Assembly: GCA_016926735.1 (NCBI GenBank)
Contig: JAFGOA010000127.1
Span: forward strand, 1-28,260
Reading direction: 5' to 3'
DNA from: Promethearchaeota archaeon
Lineage (GTDB): Archaea > Asgardarchaeota > Lokiarchaeia > Sigyniarchaeales > SOKP01
DNA length: 28,260 nucleotides
Shown here: positions 9,802-18,021 of the stretch, piece by piece
How positions within the stretch are numbered: position 1 is the stretch's first letter
Layout of the letters: each line of letters opens with the position of its first letter
Translations under genes and position numbers: made by a program
The notes under the pieces: model-generated
The model's database searches: none
Told to the model about the DNA's origin: nothing
What the model saw: only the letters and a program-made list of their open reading frames with translations

Positions 9802-10183
9802 TTCTAATTTGGTGTTCTTCATTTCAAAATCAAAAAATTCCTCAGAACAAATAATAAATAACTGGATAAAACAGTTGAGAAAAGGAATTCTAGAACTTGC
9901 AATATTATCTTATGTAAAAAATAAAGAATCTAAAACATATGGATATGAACTTATTAAAAATATGAAGAATAATAATATCAATATTGATTCAAATACGATG
10001 TATCCTATACTTCGAAGACTTGAAAAAAGTAAATTAATTGAATCCTTGTGGAAAACACAAAATAATCAACCAAGAAAATTGTTTAAAATAACAGAGGAAG
10101 GAAAATTTATACTTAGTGAATTAAGAAAGGAATGGAATATTTTTTATAGAAATACTAATAAAATTATAAATAAGGAGAATTAA
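9767..10183 (+). CDS. PadR-family transcriptional regulator (true start probably ATT at 9821)
   Basis: QLRKGILELAIL, TYGYELI, TMYPILRRLEK, W...PRKLFKITEEG, W near the C-terminus. Confidence 0.92.
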   Translation: MCFTQYMYNTQYSNLVFFISKSKNSSEQIINNWIKQLRKGILELAILSYVKNKESKTYGYELIKNMKNNNINIDSNTMYPILRRLEKSKLIESLWKTQNNQPRKLFKITEEGKFILSELRKEWNIFYRNTNKIINKEN

Positions 10184-10187
10184 ATAT

Positions 10188-10703
10188 ATGGATAAAGAAG
10201 CTATCTTATTAATAGAGAAGTATTTAGAGGGTGTTAAAAAATCAATAAAACATCTTTCAAAAGAAGAAAGAAAAGATTATATTAATACAATAAAATCACA
10301 TTTGTATGATGCATTAGAAGATCAAAAAGGAATATTATCTGAGATTGAAATTATTAAAAATACAATAAAAGATTTAGGTCCCTCTGAAAAAATCCATTAT
10401 ATGAGAGAACGATTCATCGAATTTTCTGTATTTACATTTATTCAAATAGTTTTTCTAATCGGGGTTCTTTTTTCTTTTATACCTCCACTAACGATTTCAT
10501 CATATATTTCAGAATTTTTAAAAATTCTAAGCATATTCTTAGCTATTTTTTTAGTAATTAATATACTACTTTCAAGTCTCCAATTAGCAATTAATAGAAG
10601 ATCATCTATTTATAAAAAAATACACTACTTACAGATAATATTAATGGCTATTAATATAGTTTTATTTGCCTCGATAGCAATATTGATAAAAGTTATCAAA
10701 TAA
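10188..10703 (+). CDS. HAAS-domain membrane protein (PadR partner) with about 3 TM helices
   Basis: IEKYLEGVKKSI...ERKDYINTIKSHL...IKDLGPSEKI followed by three hydrophobic segments; starts 4 nt after padR. Confidence 0.75.
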   Translation: MDKEAILLIEKYLEGVKKSIKHLSKEERKDYINTIKSHLYDALEDQKGILSEIEIIKNTIKDLGPSEKIHYMRERFIEFSVFTFIQIVFLIGVLFSFIPPLTISSYISEFLKILSIFLAIFLVINILLSSLQLAINRRSSIYKKIHYLQIILMAINIVLFASIAILIKVIK

Positions 10704-10894
10704 TAGTACGCATCCTTTCATTCTTTTGAAATAGATTCTGGATTAATGAGTGTAATTTTAATTGGAATGATTTGGATTTTTTTTTTATTTTAGTATTAAA
10801 TTTAAAATTATAAGTATTTCTTGAAATTAAAAGAATAGTTAAAACAATAATAGATATATGATTTATTTATCTATCTTTCATAGTTGGTTGAAAA

Positions 10895-11752
10895 ATGGAA
10901 TTGAATAAACTATTAGAAAAAAAATTATCTGAAATAATTGAATTTTTCAAAGAGAGAAAAATAATTATTGGATTTTCAGGTGGAGTAGATAGTAGTTTAT
11001 TAGCTTATTTATCAAAAAAATATGCAAAAAAAACTCTGCTTATTACAGAATATTCTATTCTTTATCCAAAAGAAGAAATTGATTCAGCAATCCAGTTTGC
11101 TAAAAAGTTCAACATTGAACATATACTGATAGAACGAGATCCTCTTAATAATGAAGAATTTAAAAAAAATCCAAGAAATAGATGTTATTTATGTAAAAAG
11201 GGATTATACTCTGAAATTGAGAGAATAAAAAATGATAGATCCTATGATTTTATTATAGATGGGACTAACAGCGATGACCTTTCAGACTATCGCCCTGGAG
11301 TATTAGCTTTAAAAGAATTACAAATTGAAACTCCTTATATAAAATTTGAGATTAATAAAGATGAAATTCGAAAATTATGTTCATTTTTTGATCTAGATGT
11401 AAAATCTAAACCATCTATGGCCTGTTTTTCTTCAAGAATTCCATATTATCAAGAAATAACCAAAAACAAATTAACGAAAATAATGAATGCAGAATCTTTT
11501 CTAAAAAAAGAATTTAATTTAAAACAACTAAGGGTAAGGTATCATGAGAATGATCTTGCTAGAATAGAATTTCTAAAAGAAGACTTACCTGACATATTAA
11601 CACAGGAGAATCTATTATTGATAAATAATGCCTTTAAAGCTTTGGGATTTAAATATATAACAATAGATATTGAAGGTTTTCGTTCTGGTTCTATGAATGA
11701 AGTTTTATCCACAGATGAGATTAAAAATGAACTAAATGTAAATACAAGATAA
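10895..11752 (+). CDS. larE: LarE-family ATP-dependent sulfur transferase
   Basis: FSGGVDS, NPRNRCYLCK, DGTNSDDLSDYRPG, KPSMACFSSRIPY, QLRVRYH, GFRSGSMN. Confidence 0.92.
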   Translation: MELNKLLEKKLSEIIEFFKERKIIIGFSGGVDSSLLAYLSKKYAKKTLLITEYSILYPKEEIDSAIQFAKKFNIEHILIERDPLNNEEFKKNPRNRCYLCKKGLYSEIERIKNDRSYDFIIDGTNSDDLSDYRPGVLALKELQIETPYIKFEINKDEIRKLCSFFDLDVKSKPSMACFSSRIPYYQEITKNKLTKIMNAESFLKKEFNLKQLRVRYHENDLARIEFLKEDLPDILTQENLLLINNAFKALGFKYITIDIEGFRSGSMNEVLSTDEIKNELNVNTR

Positions 11753-11755
11753 GGT

Positions 11756-12733
11756 ATGAGTAATTATAAAATTCATATAAAAACAGGAAAGTGCTTATTA
11801 TGCGATAAAACCTTAGTTATTGAGAGAAAATATTCAGACGAACTATTATGTCCTGATTGTTTCACAAAAGATATAGAAAATAAAATTCTCCAAACTATAG
11901 AACAGTATAATCTATTTAATCCATCTGATAAGGTTGTTGTTGGATTATCGGGAGGAAAAGATTCAGTAGCGCTGTTATATAACCTTATCAAATTACAAAC
12001 CAATCCAAAATATTCTAATGATATTAAAGCTCTAATTATAGATGAAGGAATTCCAAATTATAGAAATAAAAGTATTGAATCTGCTATTGAATTCTGCAAT
12101 GAATATAAAATACCTTATAAAATAATTGCCTTTAAAGAAAAAATAGGAAAAACTCTTGAAGAAATAGTTATTCATAAAAGGAAATCAAATAATTATAAAT
12201 ATGCATGTAATTATTGCTCAATTTTTAGAAGAAGGCTTTTAGATGAGGGAACAAAAGAATTAGGAGGAACGGTACTTGCAGTAGGACATAATTTAACTGA
12301 TATAGCAGAAACTTTTTTAATGAATATCCTTTTTAAACGTTTTTCATTAATAGCTCAAAAAAACATATTTATCCAGAGCTCTGAAGAAAATATTAATATC
12401 CATTCTATAAAAAAAATCAAACCTTTGATGATAATTCCAGAAGAAGAGATCTATCTTTATGTAAATGTTAAAAAACTAAAATATTATCCATCACATTGTC
12501 CTTATTCAAGGCAAGATCCTATCATTAGAAGAAAAGTACTAAATTTTTTGCTTGAATGTAAAAATATAGTTCCTAATTTAGAATTTAATTTATTAAAAAA
12601 GTATGATGTACTTTCTAAAACCTTAAAAGAAGTGTCTATTTTTAGAGAGAAATTGAGATGTAAGAAATGTGGATATCCTTCCAGAGATTCTATTTGTCAA
12701 TATTGTATTTATAAAAAAGATATAAATAACTAA
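11756..12733 (+). CDS. ttuA: tRNA 2-thiouridine synthetase, TtuA/NcsA/Ncs6 family
   Basis: N- and C-terminal zinc fingers (CLLC/CPDC; CKKC/CQYC), SGGKDS, IDEGI, ACNYC..FRR, GHNLTD.AE, KPL, CPY. Confidence 0.85.
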   Translation: MSNYKIHIKTGKCLLCDKTLVIERKYSDELLCPDCFTKDIENKILQTIEQYNLFNPSDKVVVGLSGGKDSVALLYNLIKLQTNPKYSNDIKALIIDEGIPNYRNKSIESAIEFCNEYKIPYKIIAFKEKIGKTLEEIVIHKRKSNNYKYACNYCSIFRRRLLDEGTKELGGTVLAVGHNLTDIAETFLMNILFKRFSLIAQKNIFIQSSEENINIHSIKKIKPLMIIPEEEIYLYVNVKKLKYYPSHCPYSRQDPIIRRKVLNFLLECKNIVPNLEFNLLKKYDVLSKTLKEVSIFREKLRCKKCGYPSRDSICQYCIYKKDINN

Positions 12734-12909
12734 CTCAATTTTATGATAATATCATATTTATTCACTTAAAGTAATTCTTGCTGTTTCATAGTGAACAAGA
12801 ATATATTTCTACAACATTTCCCAATTGGATTTTTAGTCTTACATTTTCCAGTAATAATTTCCTTTTTTGAAAATTCTTGAACTTCATCAATTGTTTTGCA
12901 TCCGTTCTG

Positions 12910-14268
12910 TCAAGTAGATAAAATTGATATCGAGTGATATAATTCATCATAATGACTTGCATCTCGAATAATGTGTTCCTTGAACTCACGGAGTTCTCCC
13001 AACATTATTTTCATCAATTGCATTTCAGCGGGAACGGGACTCGCTACATTTTTATGTTTATTAAAGTTTTTTAACCTATTTGTAAGATACTTTTTCGCAA
13101 TATTAATAGGGGCTTGAATCTGACGGTTTATAGTGAACCCACAGTGCTTACACACAAAGATTTGAGTTTTGCAAGGTGTAAGCTTTCCACATTTCAAGCA
13201 TTTTTTAGAAGTATTTCTTGGATTTTGATACTCAACGAGATGCCCCGTTGAGGTTGCTTTATAGTCAAGATATTGCTGAAACTGTTTGAAATTCCAGCGA
13301 TTTAATCTTCTTCTTATATTTTTAGATTTTCTCTGCTGCCATTTCTTTAAATTCTTTTGTCGAGAATTAATCTGGCGAATATTGGTTAGATCTTCCATAA
13401 TCACGAGTGAAGCATGCTTATTTATGATTTTATTAACTTTATTTGCAATCTCATGAAGATCATTCTTAGTTTTATTTCGTTCTATTTTACCATATTTACT
13501 TAGCAATTGTTTTCTTGTTAATGGTTGATATTTCACTCCATTATCAATACGATTAGCAATAGTTTTCCGCTTCAATGAATATGTATAATGGGTGGTCGAA
13601 ATATTAGACGTATCAATACGAGTTATTTCTGATGTTGTAGGATATAGGGTGATAAGGTCTATGCTTCTCTCATTAATATCAATACTAGTAAGTGATTTCC
13701 ATTCTTTTATTTTCACTTCAGTAATGAATGGGATAAAAATGTCCACTGTTCTATTTGGATTGATCTTTAATGTGATTTCTCCATGATTCTCTGTCTTAAG
13801 AAGATTATAATGGTTGCTTGGTTGAAATGGAATATAGAGTTTTCTTCTTGGCTCAATGACTAAAACAATATAATTTCCTTTAAGATGGCACAGACATCTT
13901 TCTAGTTTCATGGAATTTCGTTTATAGGCTGGATTATCAAGACACCTTCTCTTCTTAAAACACCATGTATTCCATGACTTAAGGATGTCTTTGGTTATTC
14001 GAGCAGAGGAATGACAATAATGTGTGTGTAATTGAGGAAATAATGATTTCCATTCGAAATAAAAGCTTTTTCTAATTTTTGGATAAGAAGAATAATCAAA
14101 ATAACTAGTTCCTTTCTTAGATACTTTTTGAAAATAAGCATTTTCTACACATTTTTCAATAAGAAAATTAACAGATTCTTTAAAACACGTGAGAACATAA
14201 GAAATTTTCTTATACTTTCTCGTAGTAAGTTTTAGAGAACGAATTCTTACCGTCTTTAGCGTTTTCAT
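12910..14268 (-). CDS. tnpB: TnpB RNA-guided nuclease family protein (RuvC-III Asp replaced by Gln)
   Basis: RuvC-I SIDINE, RuvC-II VIMEDL, WNFKQFQQYLDYKA, NTSKKCLKCG...FVCKHCG zinc finger, INRQIQAPINIA. Confidence 0.93.
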   Translation of the reverse strand: MKTLKTVRIRSLKLTTRKYKKISYVLTCFKESVNFLIEKCVENAYFQKVSKKGTSYFDYSSYPKIRKSFYFEWKSLFPQLHTHYCHSSARITKDILKSWNTWCFKKRRCLDNPAYKRNSMKLERCLCHLKGNYIVLVIEPRRKLYIPFQPSNHYNLLKTENHGEITLKINPNRTVDIFIPFITEVKIKEWKSLTSIDINERSIDLITLYPTTSEITRIDTSNISTTHYTYSLKRKTIANRIDNGVKYQPLTRKQLLSKYGKIERNKTKNDLHEIANKVNKIINKHASLVIMEDLTNIRQINSRQKNLKKWQQRKSKNIRRRLNRWNFKQFQQYLDYKATSTGHLVEYQNPRNTSKKCLKCGKLTPCKTQIFVCKHCGFTINRQIQAPINIAKKYLTNRLKNFNKHKNVASPVPAEMQLMKIMLGELREFKEHIIRDASHYDELYHSISILST

Positions 14269-14432
14269 ATTTTTACCTCAGTTTTTAACTTTCTTACAAT
14301 ATACTTTGCTTTATGACTTCTTATTCCATAGATCTTACTTGAAAAAAAAGTTACAATCGCAATTAAATCATCACCTAATCTGTGAGAGGCTTTTCCAATT
14401 CGATAAAGAGATTCTCCTAAAAACTCACTCAT
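14265..14432 (-). pseudogene. tnpA: IS607 serine-recombinase TnpA with an in-frame internal deletion (55 aa)
   Basis: MSEFLGESLYRIGKASHRLG|DDLIAIVTFFSSKIYGIRSHKAKYIVRKLKTEVKI*. The start of the MerR-like HTH is fused to the IS607 C-terminal DLxxIVTxFSxxxYGxRS motif. Its stop overlaps the tnpB start (ATGA). Confidence 0.85.
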
Positions 14433-14433
14433 T

Positions 14434-14453
14434 GTAATATCAAATGATATTAC
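14434..14453. repeat. Perfect 9-bp inverted repeat in the IS607 left end
   Basis: GTAATATCA-AA-TGATATTAC, 1 nt upstream of the tnpA ATG. Confidence 0.8.
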
Positions 14454-14879
14454 TTTTATTTAAAATATATGAGACTGATGAACTATTGATTTGCCTTTTT
14501 TTACAGCTTCAATAATTTCACCTCTGGTTAAATTACTGCAGTAACAAATTGGAGAATTCATACTTTTATCTTTAAACCAAATCGGAAACTTAAGGTCATC
14601 TGTAGTGAAAAAATTACCATCTGAAAAATAGGAGATATTGCATAAAGGGGATGTACATATTAAATAACGACATTTATAGAGAATATGATCTTTCTTTTCT
14701 TGTTTGATAATATTTTCTAAGACCTTAATATCTACTTCTACTCCAAGACATGAGCATTTTGGACAAATATTTATTATTTCCATGATAAAACTCTAGTTCC
14801 TTAATTTAAAATTTATCAATACACTTATTGCAATAATTAAAAGAATTTAAAAATATAATATTATTTTTTAAATATGTAG

Positions 14880-15992
14880 GTGAAATTAATGTATTGTCAA
14901 AATTGTGGCATTGATTTAGATCCATCAGCAATTTATTGCGAAAAATGTGGTGTAAAAGTTCGAAGAGAAGATGCTACTAATTATTTTCAATATTCAGATC
15001 CAATGACACGTTATTATGATTTGGAATATGAATTAGGTGAAATTAATGAACAAATTAGTAGTTTACCTCAAAAAGAATTATATTTGCAGAAATTAGAACT
15101 TAAAAAAAATGAATTATCAAATAAACTTAATCACGTTCATTGGATTATGCAAAAAGAGAGAAAAGATTATGAAGATCTAATGAAAATGAGTTTTTCTTCA
15201 CTAAAAGCTCGCCTAAAGGGACATTTAGATGAAGAAAAGAGAAAAGAAGAGGCAGAATATCTTGAAGCATTAGCAAATTACGAATATGTAGAAAAGGAAT
15301 ATAGAGAATTAAAAGATGTAATCAATAACTTCCAGGAAAAAATTGTATATCTTCAAAAATTAAAACTTAAAGTGAGTGAAATTGAGAAAGAAATGTTTAA
15401 TCTTTTAGCTGAACTAACTAAAGAAAAATCTTCAGATAGATTAGAAAGATTAGAAAGATCTTATAATGAAATGCAAGGAAAATTACATAAAGAAAAGAAA
15501 ATTGAAAATCAATTTAGAAAAACACAGGAAATACTTGGAAAAGCTCAAAATCATTTAGATATTGCACTTCATAAATTAAGTTCCGCTCAAGGATTGGGGA
15601 CTTGGGATACTTTTTTTGGAGGAGGATTTTTTGTTGATAGTATGAAGCATAATAATTTGAATTCAGCGAAGTCAGATATTAATTATGCACAATCATATAT
15701 CAGACAAGCAAAAGATATGATAGAAATTGTTGATGATATACATATTAATTTTGAAGCACCCAACATGTTTACAGATATATTTTTTGATAATTTTTTCTTT
15801 GATATGTTTGGAAATGCAAAAATCAGTCGAACTAGGGATAGTGTTCAAAATGCTTATCAGAAAGTAAGTGAAATAAGAGAAAACATTATTCATGATTTAA
15901 AAATACAAGAGCAAAACACATTAAATCTCATAGGTCAAGTCAATAATATAAGAAAAGAAATTAGAGCTGAAAGAAAACTTCTTTTACAATAA
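14880..15992 (+). CDS. Zinc-ribbon + long coiled-coil protein with hydrophobic WDxFxGGG and FxDxFFD motifs (true start likely ATG 14889)
   Basis: N-terminal CQNCG...CEKCG, heptad-rich helices, GLGTWDTFFGGGFFVDSMKH and FTDIFFDNFFFDMF. Confidence 0.8.
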   Translation: MKLMYCQNCGIDLDPSAIYCEKCGVKVRREDATNYFQYSDPMTRYYDLEYELGEINEQISSLPQKELYLQKLELKKNELSNKLNHVHWIMQKERKDYEDLMKMSFSSLKARLKGHLDEEKRKEEAEYLEALANYEYVEKEYRELKDVINNFQEKIVYLQKLKLKVSEIEKEMFNLLAELTKEKSSDRLERLERSYNEMQGKLHKEKKIENQFRKTQEILGKAQNHLDIALHKLSSAQGLGTWDTFFGGGFFVDSMKHNNLNSAKSDINYAQSYIRQAKDMIEIVDDIHINFEAPNMFTDIFFDNFFFDMFGNAKISRTRDSVQNAYQKVSEIRENIIHDLKIQEQNTLNLIGQVNNIRKEIRAERKLLLQ

Positions 15993-16144
15993 AAAAGGTT
16001 CAATTCTTTTCTTTTAATTTGATTAGAATTTCTATTTTTCTTAATAAAAGAATTATAATTCAGTAAATCGACAGTCTACAGATTTATGAATACAGATAAA
16101 TATTATAATATTAGAGCAAGATTCAATATTAAAAATGATACTGT

Positions 16145-16666
16145 ATGAGTGAGATAATTGTATTTTTTTTTTTAGGGGGATTCATTTTCATATTAATTTT
16201 CTGTCTTATTTATTATTTTAGTAGAAAGTCAATAAAAATAAAAAATAAGAGATATATTCCAGATAAAGCTCAAAAATATAAATGTTTAGATGGTCATATA
16301 ACAAAATCCAAAGGAGAAATGATAATAGATAATCATTTACATCGTTTAGGAATTTTACATATTTATGAAGATACACTCAAGGTTAATGGTAGTAAAATTA
16401 AATACGATTGGTTTTTACCAGAATATAAAATATATATTGAATATTGGGGGTATTTTGGTAAAAAATATTTTGAAAGAAAGAAAGAGAAGATAAAAATATA
16501 CAAAAAAGGAAATTTAAAACTCATTTCTATTGAAGAAAAGATGTTTGAAAATATATATGAAGAATTGGAGGGTTTTTTAAAAAGATATATTCCTCTTGAT
16601 AAAATCAATAATCAAATTCAATTTTGTCCAAATTGTGGAAATAGCTTAGATGATAGATTTATCTAA
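16145..16666 (+). CDS. Membrane-anchored PD-(D/E)xK-like nuclease-fold protein with C-terminal CxxC
   Basis: N-terminal TM (IIVFFFLGGFIFILIFCLIYYF), DGHITKSKGEMIIDN, YE, YDWFL...IYIEYWG, KIKIY, FCPNCG. Confidence 0.7.
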   Translation: MSEIIVFFFLGGFIFILIFCLIYYFSRKSIKIKNKRYIPDKAQKYKCLDGHITKSKGEMIIDNHLHRLGILHIYEDTLKVNGSKIKYDWFLPEYKIYIEYWGYFGKKYFERKKEKIKIYKKGNLKLISIEEKMFENIYEELEGFLKRYIPLDKINNQIQFCPNCGNSLDDRFI

Positions 16667-16749
16667 TTCTTTCATAATGGTAAAGAGATTTTTTTTAAGT
16701 TTTATTATTAGGAACTTTTATATTTCAAATAGTGATATAAAATATTAAG

Positions 16750-17838
16750 GTGAAATTTATGCGATGCAGAAATTGTAATATAGAATTAGATTCTTCAGTA
16801 ATATATTGTGAAAAATGTGGTGTTAAGGTAAGAAAAGAGGATATTATTAAATTCTTTACATATTCAGAGCTTTTGATTCATTATTATGATTTAGAATATG
16901 AATTAGATCATATAAATGAACAAATTAGTTCTTTAGCACTAAAAGAAGCCTATTTAGAAAAATTAATTAAAAGAAAAAAAGGATTATCAAATCACCTTGA
17001 TAAGGTTCAAATGCTTATACAAAAAGAGAAAAAGGACTATGATAATTTGCTGAAAATAAGTATTTCTTCAATAAAAGCTCGAATAAAGGGATTATTAGAT
17101 GAAAAGAAGAAAAAAGAGGAAATTGAATATTATGAAGTATTGATTAATTATAAAGAAAATCAAAAAATCTTTGAATCTGTATTAAAGGATATTGACCGTG
17201 AGAAAAAAGAAATTGAACATATTCAAAAATTAAAACAAAAAATCCCTGAAATTGATAAAGAACTTCAAAAAATACTATATAAATTGACTAAAGGGAGATC
17301 AACTAATAAATTAATAGAATTAGAGCAGGAATATAAAGATATAAAAACAGAATTATATACTTTAAAAAAAAATGAACCTATTTATATAAAAGCAATTAAT
17401 TATCTTGAGAAAGGGAGAATTCATTTAGGTAGGGCTGTTCATAAAGTTAGTTCTGCTCAAAAAATCATAGGTAATATCATTTTTGATTTAATAAGAAATA
17501 AGAAATTAAATATAGCAAAAAAAGAAATACATGATGCTATGTATTACATAGATCAAGCTAATGATTTAGTAGATATTTTGGATAATGTTCATATAGATTT
17601 TCTAATTCCTAATTCCTATATGATTGGTTTAAGGAATAATTTTATTTTTGATAGTATAGTGAGTCTTCAATTAAGTCAGACAATAAATAGTGTTAAACAA
17701 GCATATGAAAAAGTTCGTCAAATGAGGGAAGCTTTAATAGGTCTTTTAAGAATCCGAGAACAAAAAAGTAAGATTTTGATTGTTAAAATTAATAAAATAA
17801 GAAAAGAAATTATGAAAGAAAGAGAATCTCTTCTATAA
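16750..17838 (+). CDS. Diverged paralogue of 14880..15992 (zinc ribbon + coiled coil; true start likely ATG 16759)
   Basis: Shares IYCEKCGVKVR, YYDLEYEL..INEQISSL, KARxKG.LDE, SSAQ and AYxKV with the first copy, but lacks the WDTFFGGG segment. Confidence 0.8.
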   Translation: MKFMRCRNCNIELDSSVIYCEKCGVKVRKEDIIKFFTYSELLIHYYDLEYELDHINEQISSLALKEAYLEKLIKRKKGLSNHLDKVQMLIQKEKKDYDNLLKISISSIKARIKGLLDEKKKKEEIEYYEVLINYKENQKIFESVLKDIDREKKEIEHIQKLKQKIPEIDKELQKILYKLTKGRSTNKLIELEQEYKDIKTELYTLKKNEPIYIKAINYLEKGRIHLGRAVHKVSSAQKIIGNIIFDLIRNKKLNIAKKEIHDAMYYIDQANDLVDILDNVHIDFLIPNSYMIGLRNNFIFDSIVSLQLSQTINSVKQAYEKVRQMREALIGLLRIREQKSKILIVKINKIRKEIMKERESLL

Positions 17839-18021
17839 GAGTTCCCAATATTATTATACCTATAAATAGGGATTTTTTTTTTCAACATTAAAATACACTA
17901 ATTACATGATCAACAAAAGAAAATTTATGTTATTTCCTAAAATTTAACAATAGATTTTTTATATTTTACGTTATTATTATTAAATTAGCTATTATTTTAG
18001 AATAAAGTATATTAAATTAAA

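Larger units (their letters stand above)
12902..14495 (-). mobile_element. IS607-family element, non-autonomous (truncated tnpA + tnpB), GG crossover core at both junctions
   Basis: Minus-strand junctions are AAAAAAGG|CAAATC... (GG at 14495-14494) and ...GACAGAACGG|ATGC (GG at 12903-12902). No longer target duplication or terminal inverted repeat was seen. It carries IS607 TnpA motifs and tnpB. Confidence 0.9.
12766..14783 (-). pseudogene. CopZ-N/BFD-like 2Fe-2S/Zn-binding protein gene, split by the IS607-family insertion
   Basis: The 5' part (14783-14494) has CPKC, CTSPLC, ICYCSNLT and ends ...EAVKKG. The 3' part (12900-12766) reads CKTIDEVQEFSKKEIITGKCKTKNPIGKCCRNIFLFTMKQQELL*. Removing the element rejoins AAA GG|A TGC in frame, giving 141 aa. 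Confidence 0.9.

Noticed and set aside
12811-12816. Selenocysteine in the NPxGxCC motif or other in-frame TGA readthrough
   Set aside because: Both codons are TGT. I saw no homology-supported TGA readthrough or convincing SECIS in the window.
12786-12989. 67-aa ORF in the track
   Set aside because: It is a wrong-frame chimera spanning the IS end; the real coding frame is the C-terminal half of the split CopZ-N/BFD gene.
12902-14495. IStron (group I intron + IS607) that would splice out of the host mRNA
   Set aside because: Only about 60 nt separate the left end from the tnpA ATG, and tnpB runs to the right end, leaving no room for a group I catalytic core. RNA reads would still be the definitive test.
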